Shown here: positions 62,382-64,000 of the stretch, one piece after another
Numbering within the stretch: the stretch's first letter is position 1
How the letters are laid out: each line of letters starts with the position of its first letter
Virus record (IMG/VR): IMGVR_UViG_3300025949_000016
DNA length: 64,000 nucleotides
Direction: 5' to 3' (one strand)
Source: a virus
Program-made: the position numbers and the translations under genes
Notes under the pieces: model-generated
The model's database searches: none
Told to the model about the DNA's origin: nothing
What the model saw: the letters and a program-made list of their open reading frames with translations, nothing else

Positions 62382-62909
62382 TTAAGCTTCATTAGTAGAT
62401 AATTTACCAGTACTATTAAGAATAATCTTTCTTATATTGATAGGTTCCACTTCATAAGGTGGTCTTTGAATAGAATAAATTCTAGATTTAGCTATTCTTT
62501 CTATATTTACTTGATCAGATTGATTACCTCCTAAGCAATGATACGCTTGATCATCCTCGCCAATATATAAGGTTACGTGACCTCCTCCTGTTCTTTTAAA
62601 TACTAAAACATCTCCTAATTTAGCTTCATCTACTTTAGTACCAAATTTAACCCAATTTAATGCACTTAGTAAAAGGTTTGGATTAAAAGGATGATCAGCT
62701 CTTTTAGCTATTATTCCCATAAATAATCCACACCAAGGTATAGAGTCATGTGTATACCAATTTATACCTAGTTCTTTAGCCCATGATAAAATAATGGGAT
62801 TATCTGATGTCCCGGGAGTTTCATGCGTACCATAGAGTTTTAATGCTTCTAAAAGCATTTTAGGACCTGATTCTTGTAATAACCATTTATATTGATCTTG
62901 AATTTCCAT
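62382..62909 (-). CDS. TIGR02594-family NlpC/P60-CHAP-like peptidoglycan hydrolase (putative endolysin)
   Basis: NPIILSW, PWCGLF, SALNW, GDVLVFKR.GGGHV, LGGNQSDQV. Confidence 0.85.
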   Translation of the reverse strand: MEIQDQYKWLLQESGPKMLLEALKLYGTHETPGTSDNPIILSWAKELGINWYTHDSIPWCGLFMGIIAKRADHPFNPNLLLSALNWVKFGTKVDEAKLGDVLVFKRTGGGHVTLYIGEDDQAYHCLGGNQSDQVNIERIAKSRIYSIQRPPYEVEPINIRKIILNSTGKLSTNEA

Positions 62910-63072
62910 AAAAAATAATCCATGAAAGTTTTATATTTTATATTAGGTTTATTAATTGTATTTACTGGAATAACATGTAGTATTATGATGATAACTGATT
63001 ACAGTCTTCATAAAGTTCTCAGTTTACTTAAAGAAGTATTACTTCCATTTAGTATCGTGCTTTTTACTGTTA

Positions 63073-63474
63073 TTATTGGATCTTTAGTGATAGCATTACC
63101 AATGATAACAGACTTAAACAAAAAGCAATAATATTAACCCATTTAGTTGACTTTAATCCTAGTTTTACCATTAGTCTATCTGTAATAGCTTTACTTGTTT
63201 TACTAAGGTTAAATATAGGTAGTTTACTATAAATATTATACATTACTGGAAAAACTGAGATATGAAGTAATGATAAACTAAATAACTCAGTATAACTTTT
63301 CAAAAGGAAGCAGGGTATGGCACATAAAATACCATACCCTAAACCATACCAAAAATGTTCTATTTGTTTTGAATTTTTATTTGCAATACGCTTCCTTCTC
63401 GTTATATCATTTGATTTAGCTATAACGATATTTAATATAACAAATATTATCCAAACTATTAGTCTAGAAACCAA
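63073..63474 (-). CDS. membrane protein in lysis region
   Basis: multiple TM segments. Confidence 0.55.
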   Translation of the reverse strand: MVSRLIVWIIFVILNIVIAKSNDITRRKRIANKNSKQIEHFWYGLGYGILCAIPCFLLKSYTELFSLSLLHISVFPVMYNIYSKLPIFNLSKTSKAITDRLMVKLGLKSTKWVNIIAFCLSLLSLVMLSLKIQ

Positions 63475-63742
63475 TGTATACGCCTCGTGCTGCTTGTTCC
63501 TTAGTGGTATTTTCTCTTACATTAGTGGGATTCTTAAATATTGCCCCTGCTAAAAGTAAAATAAATATAACCACCCAAAATAGCTTTACTCCATCTAAAT
63601 CTTTATCTTCTTTTACTGCTACTTTTTCAATAGCAATAAGACCACAGATAAGAGCTACTATAAAAGCTCCTATCCATATCCAATAAGATGGAAAAGAAGC
63701 GCAATATCTAAAGGCTTCTCCTAAAGAAATGTTTTCATTCAT
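63464..63742 (-). CDS. membrane protein in lysis region
   Basis: two TM segments; probable start MNENIS at 63742. Confidence 0.55.
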   Translation of the reverse strand: MNENISLGEAFRYCASFPSYWIWIGAFIVALICGLIAIEKVAVKEDKDLDGVKLFWVVIFILLLAGAIFKNPTNVRENTTKEQAARGVYIGF

Positions 63743-63746
63743 AGTT

Positions 63747-63905
63747 TTACTGTTTCTTAGCATCTGATGCGGCCACACCTGTACCAAAACTACCTATAGC
63801 AGATAAAACGAGACCTACTACGTGTAAGATAGGATTAGTCTGAGCAGTAAGATAAACACCAAGGGCTGCTATAGCACCAAACACTGTTGTTTTCCAATTT
63901 AACAT
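63747..63905 (-). CDS. putative holin (52 aa)
   Basis: MLNWKTTVFGAIAALG... two TM helices, NWKTT motif, basic C-terminus; manual translation. Confidence 0.65.
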   Translation of the reverse strand: MLNWKTTVFGAIAALGVYLTAQTNPILHVVGLVLSAIGSFGTGVAASDAKKQ

Positions 63906-63941
63906 AATTTTAATTTTTATTGTGATTTAATTTTTAATTTA

Positions 63942-64000
63942 TTATTTATATCCCACAACCGAATAACTTCCTGTAATATTGCCAGAGCTCATTTGCAACC
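63942..64000 (-). CDS. 3' end of a probable tail-fibre-like gene (partial)
   Basis: ...LQMSSGNITGSYSVVGYK*. Confidence 0.4.
   Translation of the reverse strand, partial: LQMSSGNITGSYSVVGYK

Noticed and set aside
1-64000. Stop-codon reassignment as in some crAss-like phages
   Set aside because: Terminase, portal, capsid and RNR are full length in the standard code, and TAG and TGA end genes normally
1-64000. CRISPR array, DGR, retron or integrase
   Set aside because: No regularly spaced repeats, reverse transcriptase or recombinase motifs seen by eye

Overview
AT-rich dsDNA phage genome segment with crAss-like (Crassvirales-type) structural genes and a probable Bacteroidota host (TTTG-N19/20-TAnnTTTG promoters, lipoproteins, D-S/T-hydrophobic sequons). 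It reads in the standard genetic code. Positions 1-29.2 kb (minus strand) hold Cys-rich tail genes, a GIY-YIG homing endonuclease, capsid-associated proteins, major capsid, scaffold, portal, large terminase, a PD-(D/E)XK nuclease and HU/IHF-like proteins. They also hold a glycan-modification cluster (GT2, pyruvyltransferase, GT9, TylF methyltransferase) mixed with a SET-domain gene and nucleotide enzymes (dATP/dGTP diphosphohydrolase-HAD fusion, ThyX, class II-type RNR). Positions 29.6-62.4 kb (plus strand) are a dense arm of small genes: a sigma-like factor, vWA and TerC, two SLOG/YspA-like proteins, a mini SRAP, a macrodomain, HNH and GIY-YIG nucleases, a NinB-like protein, tRNA-Arg(UCU) and a tmRNA with a 29-aa tag. 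The window ends with a minus-strand lysis cassette. The most striking unexplained signal is non-coding. About ten 75-280 nt intergenic multi-stem elements are each closed by a 10-17 bp terminal helix, several with plus-strand G-U pairs and a shared C(GUGA)G tetraloop. In addition, 4-5 tRNA-shaped RNAs keep acceptor/D/T arms but have remodelled anticodon arms. Protein calls come from motifs recognised by eye and RNA structures were paired by hand; no searches were run.
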